Shown here: positions 1 through 6,863 of the stretch, one piece after another
Layout: each line of letters starts with the position of its first letter
Position numbering within the stretch: the stretch's first letter is position 1
Source of the DNA: a virus
Direction: 5' to 3' (one strand)
Virus record (IMG/VR): IMGVR_UViG_3300028048_000141
Location: 1,476-65,475 of that record
DNA: 64,000 bases
Notes under the pieces: model-generated
Databases searched by the model: none
What the model was told of the DNA's origin: nothing
The model's input: the letters and a program-made list of their open reading frames with translations, nothing else
Translations under genes and position numbers: made by a program

Positions 1-773
1 CTGGTCCAGGCGACCTTGGCGTTGTACATGTACCCGTACTCGGCATGGATATTATTTACCCACTCGTCCATGGCCTCGATTTCCTCGTCGGTGGCCTCCC
101 TGAAACTGACGTCCTTGGCGGTCTTGCAGATGACGTTCACGACGGTCTCAGACGTTACGCCACCACCGACGTAGCCGTGGTCCCTGACGTAGCCGTAGGC
201 GATATACTTGATTTCATTGGTGTCGAGGAGGTATGAGGAGTTGCCGAACGCACGGAAGCATTCCACGATGTCATCGTCCTCGCACTCGCTTGCCAATACG
301 CAGGCGTCGATGACGGACATGATTTCGGCGCAGGCCTCCGCACTGAGTCCCCTGGTGTATTCCATGAGGCACTGCCTGCCGACCTGCCGGTACTCTCCCG
401 TCTCCATGTTGCGGACGAGGTAGGTGTCCTTGCGGGGCCTGACGGTTTTGCAGTGCTCACAATATGGATGGGATGTTTTGTACTTGGCCGGGATGTCTGA
501 TTCGAGTTCGGGGACGACGCAGCGGATGATGTTGCCGTTGTCCTTGTGCTCGACGGTGCCGACGAATTGCCAGCCGTCGATGACGTACTCGCCCGAGGCC
601 TCGACCTCGCGGCAGACGTGGAAGACGCCCTTGACGTTCTCGTCCTCGATTCGGACCTCGTCGCCTACCTCGAAGACGATTGTGTCGAGTCCCTTGTCGT
701 GGGTCTTGTTTATGATGCGGTTGACCTTCTTCTGGAGACGGTCGAGTTTGGAGACTGGGATATTGAACTTCAT
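1..773 (-). CDS. hypothetical Cys-rich protein, C-terminus runs off the window start. It is absent from the ORF track because the frame is open at the edge
   Basis: Hand translation from the ATG at 773 gives MKFNIPVSKLDRLQKKVNRIINKTHDKGLDT... with no stop before position 1. AGGAAG RBS 8 nt upstream. Codon usage matches neighbouring genes. Confidence 0.6.
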   Translation of the reverse strand, partial: MKFNIPVSKLDRLQKKVNRIINKTHDKGLDTIVFEVGDEVRIEDENVKGVFHVCREVEASGEYVIDGWQFVGTVEHKDNGNIIRCVVPELESDIPAKYKTSHPYCEHCKTVRPRKDTYLVRNMETGEYRQVGRQCLMEYTRGLSAEACAEIMSVIDACVLASECEDDDIVECFRAFGNSSYLLDTNEIKYIAYGYVRDHGYVGGGVTSETVVNVICKTAKDVSFREATDEEIEAMDEWVNNIHAEYGYMYNAKVAWT

Positions 774-797
774 GGTATCTTCCTGCCTTTCGGTGAT

Positions 798-826
798 AGT
801 ATACCACTTCCGTGACGGTGTGTCAA
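798..826 (-). promoter_or_regulatory. sigma70-type promoter: TTGACA, 17-nt spacer, TATACT
   Basis: Minus strand reads TTGACAcaccgtcacggaagtggTATACT about 25 nt upstream of the ATG at 773. Confidence 0.6.
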
Positions 827-830
827 ACCC

Positions 831-858
831 AAAATAAAAATCCACTCCGAAAAGTGGA
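831..858 (-). terminator. rho-independent terminator
   Basis: Minus-strand RNA CCACUUUUCGGAGUGG followed by AUUUUUAUUUU. Confidence 0.55.
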
Positions 859-901
859 AATCTATTGTTTTCTTAAACTTGGCGCAGTTACGCCGGTCCA
901 C

Positions 902-912
902 TTAATTTAGCG
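902..912 (-). promoter_or_regulatory. motif B (minus strand CGCTAAATTAA)
   Basis: Recurrent 11-mer. Here it lies 28 nt past the stop of the 939-1184 gene, next to the hairpin CCGTGA/TCACGG, and about 40 nt upstream of the 831-858 terminator. Confidence 0.4.
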
Positions 913-938
913 TCCGTGATTTGAGTCACGGTTTTGAA

Positions 939-1184
939 TCACAGCGAGGTGACGTTCACCATCAGCCAGATTCTCACGTCCTGGAGCACCTCGGTTATCC
1001 TGTCCAACTCACGTTCCGGGAGGTCCCATCGGAAGTCTATGGTGGCGAGTTCTTCGATAAGTTCCTTGGCCTTCTTGTCGTGTTTGAGCCTCTTGAGCAG
1101 GTAGGTCCCAATCCTAACGCAGTCCATCACCTTACGATGGTAATATGCCTCCTCGTAATCGGAAAAGTCGTATCTCGCTTCCAT
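939..1184 (-). CDS. hypothetical protein
   Basis: 81-aa ORF with a GGAGG RBS. Motif B variant 23 nt upstream. Confidence 0.5.
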   Translation of the reverse strand: MEARYDFSDYEEAYYHRKVMDCVRIGTYLLKRLKHDKKAKELIEELATIDFRWDLPERELDRITEVLQDVRIWLMVNVTSL

Positions 1185-1217
1185 ACGGACGTAGCCTCCA
1201 CTGACCTTTCCTCACAT

Positions 1218-1227
1218 GAATTTAGCG
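1218..1227 (-). promoter_or_regulatory. motif B variant (CGCTAAATTC)
   Basis: Lies about 35 nt upstream of the ATG at 1184, followed by a GGAGG RBS. Confidence 0.35.
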
Positions 1228-1244
1228 ATTGGTTTGGATGTGCT

Positions 1245-1484
1245 TCAGGCCTCCGGGCATGCCGGCTCGTCGTTGGCTGCGACATAGGCAGCCGTAACGG
1301 GGTCGCACATGGACATGAGGATGAGATGCCTCAGGAAAGCCCTTTTGCTGATGCCTAGTTCATCTCTGAGTGCCTTGATGTCGTCATCCATGAAATCCTC
1401 AAGGAGTTTGACGTTCTCGCTTGTTGCGCCCTCGCGTTGGGCTTTACGGATGAATTGGCTGAATCTTCTGTCTTTATCTGTCAT
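1245..1484 (-). CDS. hypothetical small protein
   Basis: 79-aa ORF in a compact minus-strand array. Confidence 0.5.
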   Translation of the reverse strand: MTDKDRRFSQFIRKAQREGATSENVKLLEDFMDDDIKALRDELGISKRAFLRHLILMSMCDPVTAAYVAANDEPACPEA

Positions 1485-1501
1485 TTCCTTACCGGAACGG
1501 T

Positions 1502-1756
1502 TTACTGTTCCGCCTCCACTGTTGTTTTGTTCGATGTGAATCCCCTCTCGTCCAACGCCCAGGAGATTCCGTAGTCGTCGACCTTGAGCATCCCCTCTCT
1601 GCCTCTGACGATGAGATTATATCCACCGTCGAAGAAGACCAGGTAGACGAAGTCGCTTCCCCTGAAGTCGTTGATGCCGCCGTCGTATCTCTTGACGACG
1701 ATTCCGTTTTTGACGCCTTCGATGGCTTTCTTGATGTTGCTCGATACCTGTGCCAT
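1502..1756 (-). CDS. hypothetical protein
   Basis: 84-aa ORF. Confidence 0.5.
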   Translation of the reverse strand: MAQVSSNIKKAIEGVKNGIVVKRYDGGINDFRGSDFVYLVFFDGGYNLIVRGREGMLKVDDYGISWALDERGFTSNKTTVEAEQ

Positions 1757-1757
1757 G

Positions 1758-2132
1758 TCACTCCACCATCTTTCCGCCGGAGAGTTTTTCCCAGGACATA
1801 TTGTATTCCTTGGACAGGATGTATGAGAGGTTGGGCTCCCAGTAATAGACGACGTCCTTGCTTACCGCCAATTGGAGTTCGAGTCCCACGTAGGGGGCGA
1901 TGGCCGCGGTTCCGCCTGATGCCATCGTCGCTCCGCCCTCCGGTCCGTATTCGGCCCATCCGCTGATGTGGTAATATGTGTCGCCGGTGAGTTGCGAGCG
2001 TACCAACGCGTAGTTGTATTGCCTTGAGCCGGTAATCATCTGATTGCCGCCGACCTTCTTGTAGTTCTCGTTGCATCCGGCCATGCATGACACGCATGCC
2101 AACGCCAACATCGCCAATGTAAGTTTCCTCAT
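1758..2132 (-). CDS. putative lipoprotein
   Basis: Start reassigned to the ATG at 2132. N-terminus MRKLTLAMLALACVSCMAGC is a signal peptide with a lipobox. AAGGAG RBS 8 nt upstream. Confidence 0.55.
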   Translation of the reverse strand: MRKLTLAMLALACVSCMAGCNENYKKVGGNQMITGSRQYNYALVRSQLTGDTYYHISGWAEYGPEGGATMASGGTAAIAPYVGLELQLAVSKDVVYYWEPNLSYILSKEYNMSWEKLSGGKMVE

Positions 2133-2443
2133 TGTTTGTTCTCCTTGTTCCAATTGAAGACCGCGAGATACCAATTGATACCCCTACGTATTTTGTTTTT
2201 GGTGCAGATGTTTTCGGGGTCGAACCCATCGTATTCAACGATTCCCTTTTCCATCAGGCTCTTGAATATGCGTTTGGCCTTCCTAAGGTTTCCGCAGCGA
2301 CCCAAGACCTTCATCCCATCGAAGTCATAATTTTCATACGACTCGATGTGTTTCATCAAATCACGTTCCTCTTGGGTGATTTTGACGGCTGGGTTTGGGA
2401 TGTTCGTTTTCATCGTTATTGGTCCTCTTCCTTTCTGGTCCAT
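2129..2443 (-). CDS. hypothetical protein
   Basis: 104-aa ORF whose stop overlaps the downstream start. Confidence 0.5.
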   Translation of the reverse strand: MDQKGRGPITMKTNIPNPAVKITQEERDLMKHIESYENYDFDGMKVLGRCGNLRKAKRIFKSLMEKGIVEYDGFDPENICTKNKIRRGINWYLAVFNWNKENKQ

Positions 2444-2793
2444 ATCCCGAAGTCGTTCCTATACCAACCCGGGTTCTCCTTGTGGAATCTCTCCCAGAGG
2501 TATTTCTCGTGTTCCTCGTCGACGGCGTATTCGTAATGGCCGTTGGGGAAACGTATCTCCTTGACGACGAGTTGGTCTTCGTTCACAGGCTCGAACGTGG
2601 TTCCCCATTCGCCGTCCTTGTCTACCACGGTCCAGAAGACCTCCAGGAACATTCCCTTCATCTCCATCTTGACCTGGCAGTATGAGTCATCGTTGTCCCT
2701 TCCCCAGTCGAGCAGGGTCTCCACGAGCCTCATGGCGTATTCGCGTTCGCTGTCCTTAGACCAATCGAACCCCATGCTGTTGACCTTACCCAT
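2416..2793 (-). CDS. hypothetical protein
   Basis: 125-aa ORF. Confidence 0.5.
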   Translation of the reverse strand: MGKVNSMGFDWSKDSEREYAMRLVETLLDWGRDNDDSYCQVKMEMKGMFLEVFWTVVDKDGEWGTTFEPVNEDQLVVKEIRFPNGHYEYAVDEEHEKYLWERFHKENPGWYRNDFGIWTRKEEDQ

Positions 2794-4114
2794 TCGGTTT
2801 GTCCTCGCTTTCGAACAGGAACGAATTGGGCAATTGACCGGCGTCCTCGTATAGTCCGATGAGTTTCTTTATGAAGTCCTCCTTCGAGTCCTCAAGGTAG
2901 AATCTGACGACCCCCTTGGTCCCGACCCATGATTTGTAGTCGTCGTTGCTCCAGGCGTACATCTCCCTGTCCGCGATTGATTTGGGGACCACAATCAGGA
3001 TTGGGGTTACCATGTTCTTGAAGTCCTCCTTGGACCAACGGCTGTTGTATTCTCCGTCGCAGGGCATGTAGGCTTTGCATCCGAACGGGATGTTGAAGTC
3101 CACGGTCCTCTCCACGAATTCGTCGTATACCTCGCCGGCGTTGTGCTCATAGGGCTTGTCGTTCCAGTCGTCTCCCCAATAATCCGTGCAGTCCTTCTTC
3201 CCGAAGAACGCCTTGAACCCGGATGACGTCCTATCCATGTCAATCAACTTGAGGTCCTCTTTCTTGAGGGGAGCCTTTTGAGCCACGAACCTGAGTCTGA
3301 TTGAGGTCATGGATTCCTGATGGTCGGTAGGGAACACATCCGAGATATCCACGGTACCCTCATCCGCGTTGACCACTTTAGGCTGCTGCATGATGAAGTC
3401 GGGGTCGACGTCGTTCCTAAGGACAATCTCGACCGGGAAGTTGGAATCGATTGGTGCACCGACGTTTATCGTTGTGGTGCCTTTGTCGAAGTCGATGTCC
3501 TTGACCACGATTCTGCCGATTGGGTTGAGGTAGTTGATTACGACGTCCCTGAAGAACTCGAGGTATTTCCTGCGCCTCCAATCCGAGTGGGGGTCCATGC
3601 CGACGGACCTGGAGGTTTCGTCCGAGTCGTCGTACATGGACGTGCCGGAGATGGTGACGCTCACGTGTCTCTTCCCGTCTTCGTCGGTCGATGCCATATA
3701 CGAGCCTACGCCATGTGCGAGGTAGGGCATGATGTCAAGGACGTCGTTGAATCTGTATTCCTCCGAGACGTAGAACGTGTCGCTTCCGTTGTCCTTTACC
3801 AACTCCTCGATGGTGTCGAACTTGGCGTAGTCTCCAAACTTCCTCTGGAACACCGGGTGCTCGTCGAACCTGTATCCGCATTTGCACCTCCCGTCATTTA
3901 ACTTCCTGATTTCCTTGATGTAGTCGTACATACTTGAATGATTTGCCACATACTCGGCGTTGGCCTTGTTTATCTTTACCGGATGGACGATGTTGATGAC
4001 GCCCCCGGTGGCCTCCTTGAATTTCAGAAAGCATTCGTAGAAGTTATCGCCCTCATCCCCCGATAGTAGGATGTGGCTAATCAAATCCGATGCGTCGCCT
4101 GTGAGTCTGCTCAT
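2786..4114 (-). CDS. large hypothetical protein; start moved to the ATG at 4114
   Basis: The ORF as listed starts inside its own promoter. The ATG at 4114 (MSRLTGDASD...) has an AAAGGAGA RBS and lies downstream of a TTGACA/TATAAT promoter. No recognisable domain. Confidence 0.6.
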   Translation of the reverse strand: MSRLTGDASDLISHILLSGDEGDNFYECFLKFKEATGGVINIVHPVKINKANAEYVANHSSMYDYIKEIRKLNDGRCKCGYRFDEHPVFQRKFGDYAKFDTIEELVKDNGSDTFYVSEEYRFNDVLDIMPYLAHGVGSYMASTDEDGKRHVSVTISGTSMYDDSDETSRSVGMDPHSDWRRRKYLEFFRDVVINYLNPIGRIVVKDIDFDKGTTTINVGAPIDSNFPVEIVLRNDVDPDFIMQQPKVVNADEGTVDISDVFPTDHQESMTSIRLRFVAQKAPLKKEDLKLIDMDRTSSGFKAFFGKKDCTDYWGDDWNDKPYEHNAGEVYDEFVERTVDFNIPFGCKAYMPCDGEYNSRWSKEDFKNMVTPILIVVPKSIADREMYAWSNDDYKSWVGTKGVVRFYLEDSKEDFIKKLIGLYEDAGQLPNSFLFESEDKPNG

Positions 4115-4141
4115 AACGAATCTCCTTTCTCGTTCGTAACT

Positions 4142-4171
4142 ATTATACACCGTTTTCGGTCGGTATGTCAA
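4142..4171 (-). promoter_or_regulatory. sigma70 promoter (TTGACA, 18-nt spacer, TATAAT), motif A
   Basis: Minus strand reads ggTTGACAtaccgaccgaaaacggtgTATAATag. Confidence 0.6.
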
Positions 4172-4235
4172 CCTTTTGTTATCTGTATGTGTGATTGAAG
4201 GGTGCTTTCTTTTATATATTTTCTTTGGGGATGCT

Positions 4236-4297
4236 GTAACGTTATAACGTAACGTCTATATCGTAACGTATATAACGTAACGTATATAACGTAACAT
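4236..4297. repeat. iteron-like direct repeats of TATA(A/T)CGTAACGT
   Basis: gtaacgttataacgtaacgtctatatcgtaacgtatataacgtaacgtatataacgtaacat holds four to five copies at a 12-14 bp period, each with an ACGT palindromic core. Confidence 0.6.
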
Positions 4298-4302
4298 CAA
4301 CC

Positions 4303-4340
4303 TACTCGAATACTATATACATAGTATTCTCGTAGGTAGA
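4303..4340. repeat. imperfect inverted repeat
   Basis: CTACTCGAATACTAT-ATACAT-AGTATTCTCGTAGGTAG, 12 of 15 arm matches. Confidence 0.5.
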
Positions 4341-4501
4341 CAGGGAAAAACCCAGACCTTTGAATTTTTTAAACCCAAACATATTTTTAAGGGTATTTTT
4401 TAGAAACCGAATCCATTTGACGTATTTTGAGGCGGCCGGCCCGACCGAGGGAGGGGCCTCCGCGATGCGTCGTCCCCAATATACTGGAACGTTTCCCCAC
4501 C

Positions 4502-5119
4502 TTATTGGTTGTCCCAGAGGTCAACGGGTTCGTATCCCTCGGGGTATTGCTGTTCGGTTTGCTCGTTATCTTCGGGCTTTTTGGCTCTGTTCATCTTACT
4601 TACGAACTTACCGTAGACCTTGGAGTAATCCCTGTCCTCGGACTTGGTGATTTGGAACGTCACGTTGTCGCTGAAGACTAATGAGAACAGTTGGTCTATC
4701 GCCATGGAACTTACGATTTCGAACACGGTGTCGCATGACATCTCGTCGACGATTCCGAATTGGTCGAACGGCCCCTTGAGCCCTGCCCTCTTGTACTTCT
4801 TAGAGATTTTGAATCCCTTGAAGTCGGGGATGAACGCCTGGCATCCGGTGAGTAGCCTATTAAATAATTCATTATTTAATAGCATTCCGTAGTACTTGAC
4901 CCAGACTTTGTCGAAGTCGTCCGAGCGGATGTCGTTGGCGTCTATCGGCAGGGTGGTCAATATCTTGACGATGATGTAGGTCAGTTTCTGTTCGAACCCG
5001 ACCAACGTCTCGCCCTCGACGTAGTCCCTCAGTCTGATGTGAATCATCCCGTCTGCGCAGAGGGGGTCCACGCCCGGGAGTTTGATTTTGTTGTTGTAGG
5101 TTATCTTAGTTTCCAGCAT
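4502..5119 (-). CDS. hypothetical protein
   Basis: 205-aa ORF, no recognisable domain. Confidence 0.5.
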   Translation of the reverse strand: MLETKITYNNKIKLPGVDPLCADGMIHIRLRDYVEGETLVGFEQKLTYIIVKILTTLPIDANDIRSDDFDKVWVKYYGMLLNNELFNRLLTGCQAFIPDFKGFKISKKYKRAGLKGPFDQFGIVDEMSCDTVFEIVSSMAIDQLFSLVFSDNVTFQITKSEDRDYSKVYGKFVSKMNRAKKPEDNEQTEQQYPEGYEPVDLWDNQ

Positions 5120-6071
5120 TGTCTGTTTCCTTCTTTTTTGGTTCCAGTTTGTTTCCGTACTTGTCGAAGCAGGTCCATTCCCCGTCGACGAACTTGATGT
5201 GCAATACGTTTGACATCTTGGAGTATGCGGTGCACGCGTCGATTGCGATTAGGTTCTTACCGAAATAGATTTCAAAATTTTTAGAACAATCCCCTTCGTA
5301 TCTTCTGTGGAAGTCGCTCGCGTGCCAGTGTCCGCAGACCAACACCTTCCCCTTGTCGGCCTCAGGTTTGAAGAAGCCGGCGTCGAACTGCGTGTATGGG
5401 CATCCCCACACGGCGTCGTACCAATCTGCTGTGGGTTCCCTCCAGTTGGGGTCGTATGTGCATGCCCAGTCCGGGATTTGATAGCCCATCGTGGCGTACT
5501 GTTCGTATTCCTCCTTCGGTTTTAACGGGATGAAACTGTGGACCATGACGAATTTGTCCATCTCGAAGTAGTTGACCCATTCGTCGCTTACCAGCCAGTC
5601 GACGATTTCGCTCTTCCTGACCTCGTCCCGAACGTGGTCCCAGGTTTTGACGATGTTCTTGCTGACGTATTCCCCGGTGTCGATGATTGGTGCGTCGCTG
5701 AGGTCACCGTGCTCAAGGTAGAGGTTGGAATACCAGTACGACCTATACAGTTTCTTTTCGTCCTCGTGCGCGATTTGGCAGAAGGTCCCGACGGTACCGT
5801 TGTGGTAATCGTAGTCGTCCGGGAACTGCTTGTCGTTCAGCAATTTGAGGAACAAAGGCTCGTGGTTGCCGCGGACGAGAATCCTCCTGCGTTTCGGTAT
5901 CGACATGATGAAGTCATACATCTCGATGGTTTCCGGTCCCCTGTCGAAGACGTCTCCCAGGACGACGAGTATGTGGTCCTTGTTGGTCTTCCTGAATCCC
6001 GCCTTGAACAGGGATTTCCTGACGATTGAGTAGAATGAGTGGCTGTCGCTTATCACAAAATATTCTTTCAT
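5106..6071 (-). CDS. calcineurin-like metallophosphoesterase
   Basis: Motifs ISDSHS, GDVFDRG, GNHE and GHWH. AAGGAGG RBS. Confidence 0.7.
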   Translation of the reverse strand: MKEYFVISDSHSFYSIVRKSLFKAGFRKTNKDHILVVLGDVFDRGPETIEMYDFIMSIPKRRRILVRGNHEPLFLKLLNDKQFPDDYDYHNGTVGTFCQIAHEDEKKLYRSYWYSNLYLEHGDLSDAPIIDTGEYVSKNIVKTWDHVRDEVRKSEIVDWLVSDEWVNYFEMDKFVMVHSFIPLKPKEEYEQYATMGYQIPDWACTYDPNWREPTADWYDAVWGCPYTQFDAGFFKPEADKGKVLVCGHWHASDFHRRYEGDCSKNFEIYFGKNLIAIDACTAYSKMSNVLHIKFVDGEWTCFDKYGNKLEPKKKETDNAGN

Positions 6072-6087
6072 GGATAGTCCTCCTTAT

Positions 6088-6113
6088 ATATTATACATTA
6101 TAAATTTATAATG
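6088..6113. promoter_or_regulatory. perfect palindrome TACATTATAAATTTATAATGTA overlapping the promoter of the 5106-6071 gene
   Basis: Read directly from the sequence. TATAAT occurs on both strands. A GTATAATAT motif-A -10 sits just downstream on the minus strand. Confidence 0.55.
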
Positions 6114-6121
6114 TATAAACT

Positions 6122-6781
6122 TTATTTCACGACAATCAGTTTGGCATCCCTCTCGGCCTCGAGTCTCTTGATTCTCCTTTCGAGTTCGCGAATCTTCTTG
6201 GCGTATGATTTCCTGATTTTGTCGTTGTGCTTTTTGGCCTCGGCTTTGCGTTTCGCCAGGTCTTCGCGTGCGGCTTGTTTCTCGGATGCCTCCGTAAGGG
6301 CCCTAGAACGCCTTTCCAGCCACGATTCGCGTTCGGCCGGTGTGGGAGCCCGCCAGTACCCGTAAACGCAGCGAGAGCCGTCTCTGGAGCAATCGTAGGT
6401 ATCGTACAGTACTCCGTCCTTCACGCACGAGAAGTGTCTGGAGAGATTGAGGATGAGGTTGCCCCGGGATGGAAGTTCCCCGTCGGCGACGTGGACCTTG
6501 CATCCGGTGCCGATTCCCATGCACGGGACCCACACCCATCCGAGTTCCTCCTCGATGTATTTCTTCGCCACGCGGGTGAACACGCCGTTGCGTGGCGTCT
6601 CGTGTTTGCAGTGGCGTTCGCGTTTGCTGTATCTGCGTTCTTTGGTCAGGACGAAAAGCCGGTCGTAGACTTCCTTGTAGTCCACGCCGGTCGCGTTGGC
6701 GATGGCTCTGGTGACGCAGTCGCCCACGTCGGTGGCCTTGAAGTATTTCTCCCTGCCGCCGGTCGCATAAACGAATTTCAT
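6122..6781 (-). CDS. hypothetical protein, possibly a papain-like peptidase fold, with a C-terminal coiled coil
   Basis: GDCVTRAIANATG with a later KVHVADG may be a Cys/His pair. The C-terminus is a KR/E-rich coiled coil. Assignment is weak. Confidence 0.45.
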   Translation of the reverse strand: MKFVYATGGREKYFKATDVGDCVTRAIANATGVDYKEVYDRLFVLTKERRYSKRERHCKHETPRNGVFTRVAKKYIEEELGWVWVPCMGIGTGCKVHVADGELPSRGNLILNLSRHFSCVKDGVLYDTYDCSRDGSRCVYGYWRAPTPAERESWLERRSRALTEASEKQAAREDLAKRKAEAKKHNDKIRKSYAKKIRELERRIKRLEAERDAKLIVVK

Positions 6782-6807
6782 GATGGTTTCCTCCTATGTT
6801 CCCAAAT

Positions 6808-6836
6808 AGTATATCACAGCAGGAAACGCATGTCAA
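6808..6836 (-). promoter_or_regulatory. sigma70 promoter TTGACA, 17-nt spacer, TATACT
   Basis: Minus strand reads TTGACAtgcgtttcctgctgtgaTATACT, followed by a TAGGAGGAAA RBS and the ATG at 6781. Confidence 0.6.
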
Positions 6837-6838
6837 AC

Positions 6839-6863
6839 TAAAGAAAAAGCAACCATTGGTTGC
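6839..6863 (-). terminator. rho-independent terminator
   Basis: GCAACC-AA-TGGTTGC hairpin followed by UUUUUCUUU on the minus strand. Confidence 0.55.

Noticed and set aside
457-807. Minus-strand ORFs in alternative frames that are Arg/Pro-rich: 457-807, 1489-2238, 6303-6836, 25182-25631 and 47105-47605
   Set aside because: They are low-complexity, R/P/G-rich, out-of-frame overlaps of real genes.
3320-3901. Plus-strand ORFs, for example 3320-3901, 5538-6029, 25621-26229, 28421-28996 and 47086-47748
   Set aside because: They lie antisense to strong minus-strand genes that have domains and RBS. Their composition is the D/V/L-rich mirror pattern of antisense frames. No RBS or promoter is present. 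Everything credible in the window is on the minus strand.
4236-4297. CRISPR array
   Set aside because: The repeats are only about 12 nt long. They lack the 25-40 bp repeat and spacer periodicity, and no cas genes are nearby.
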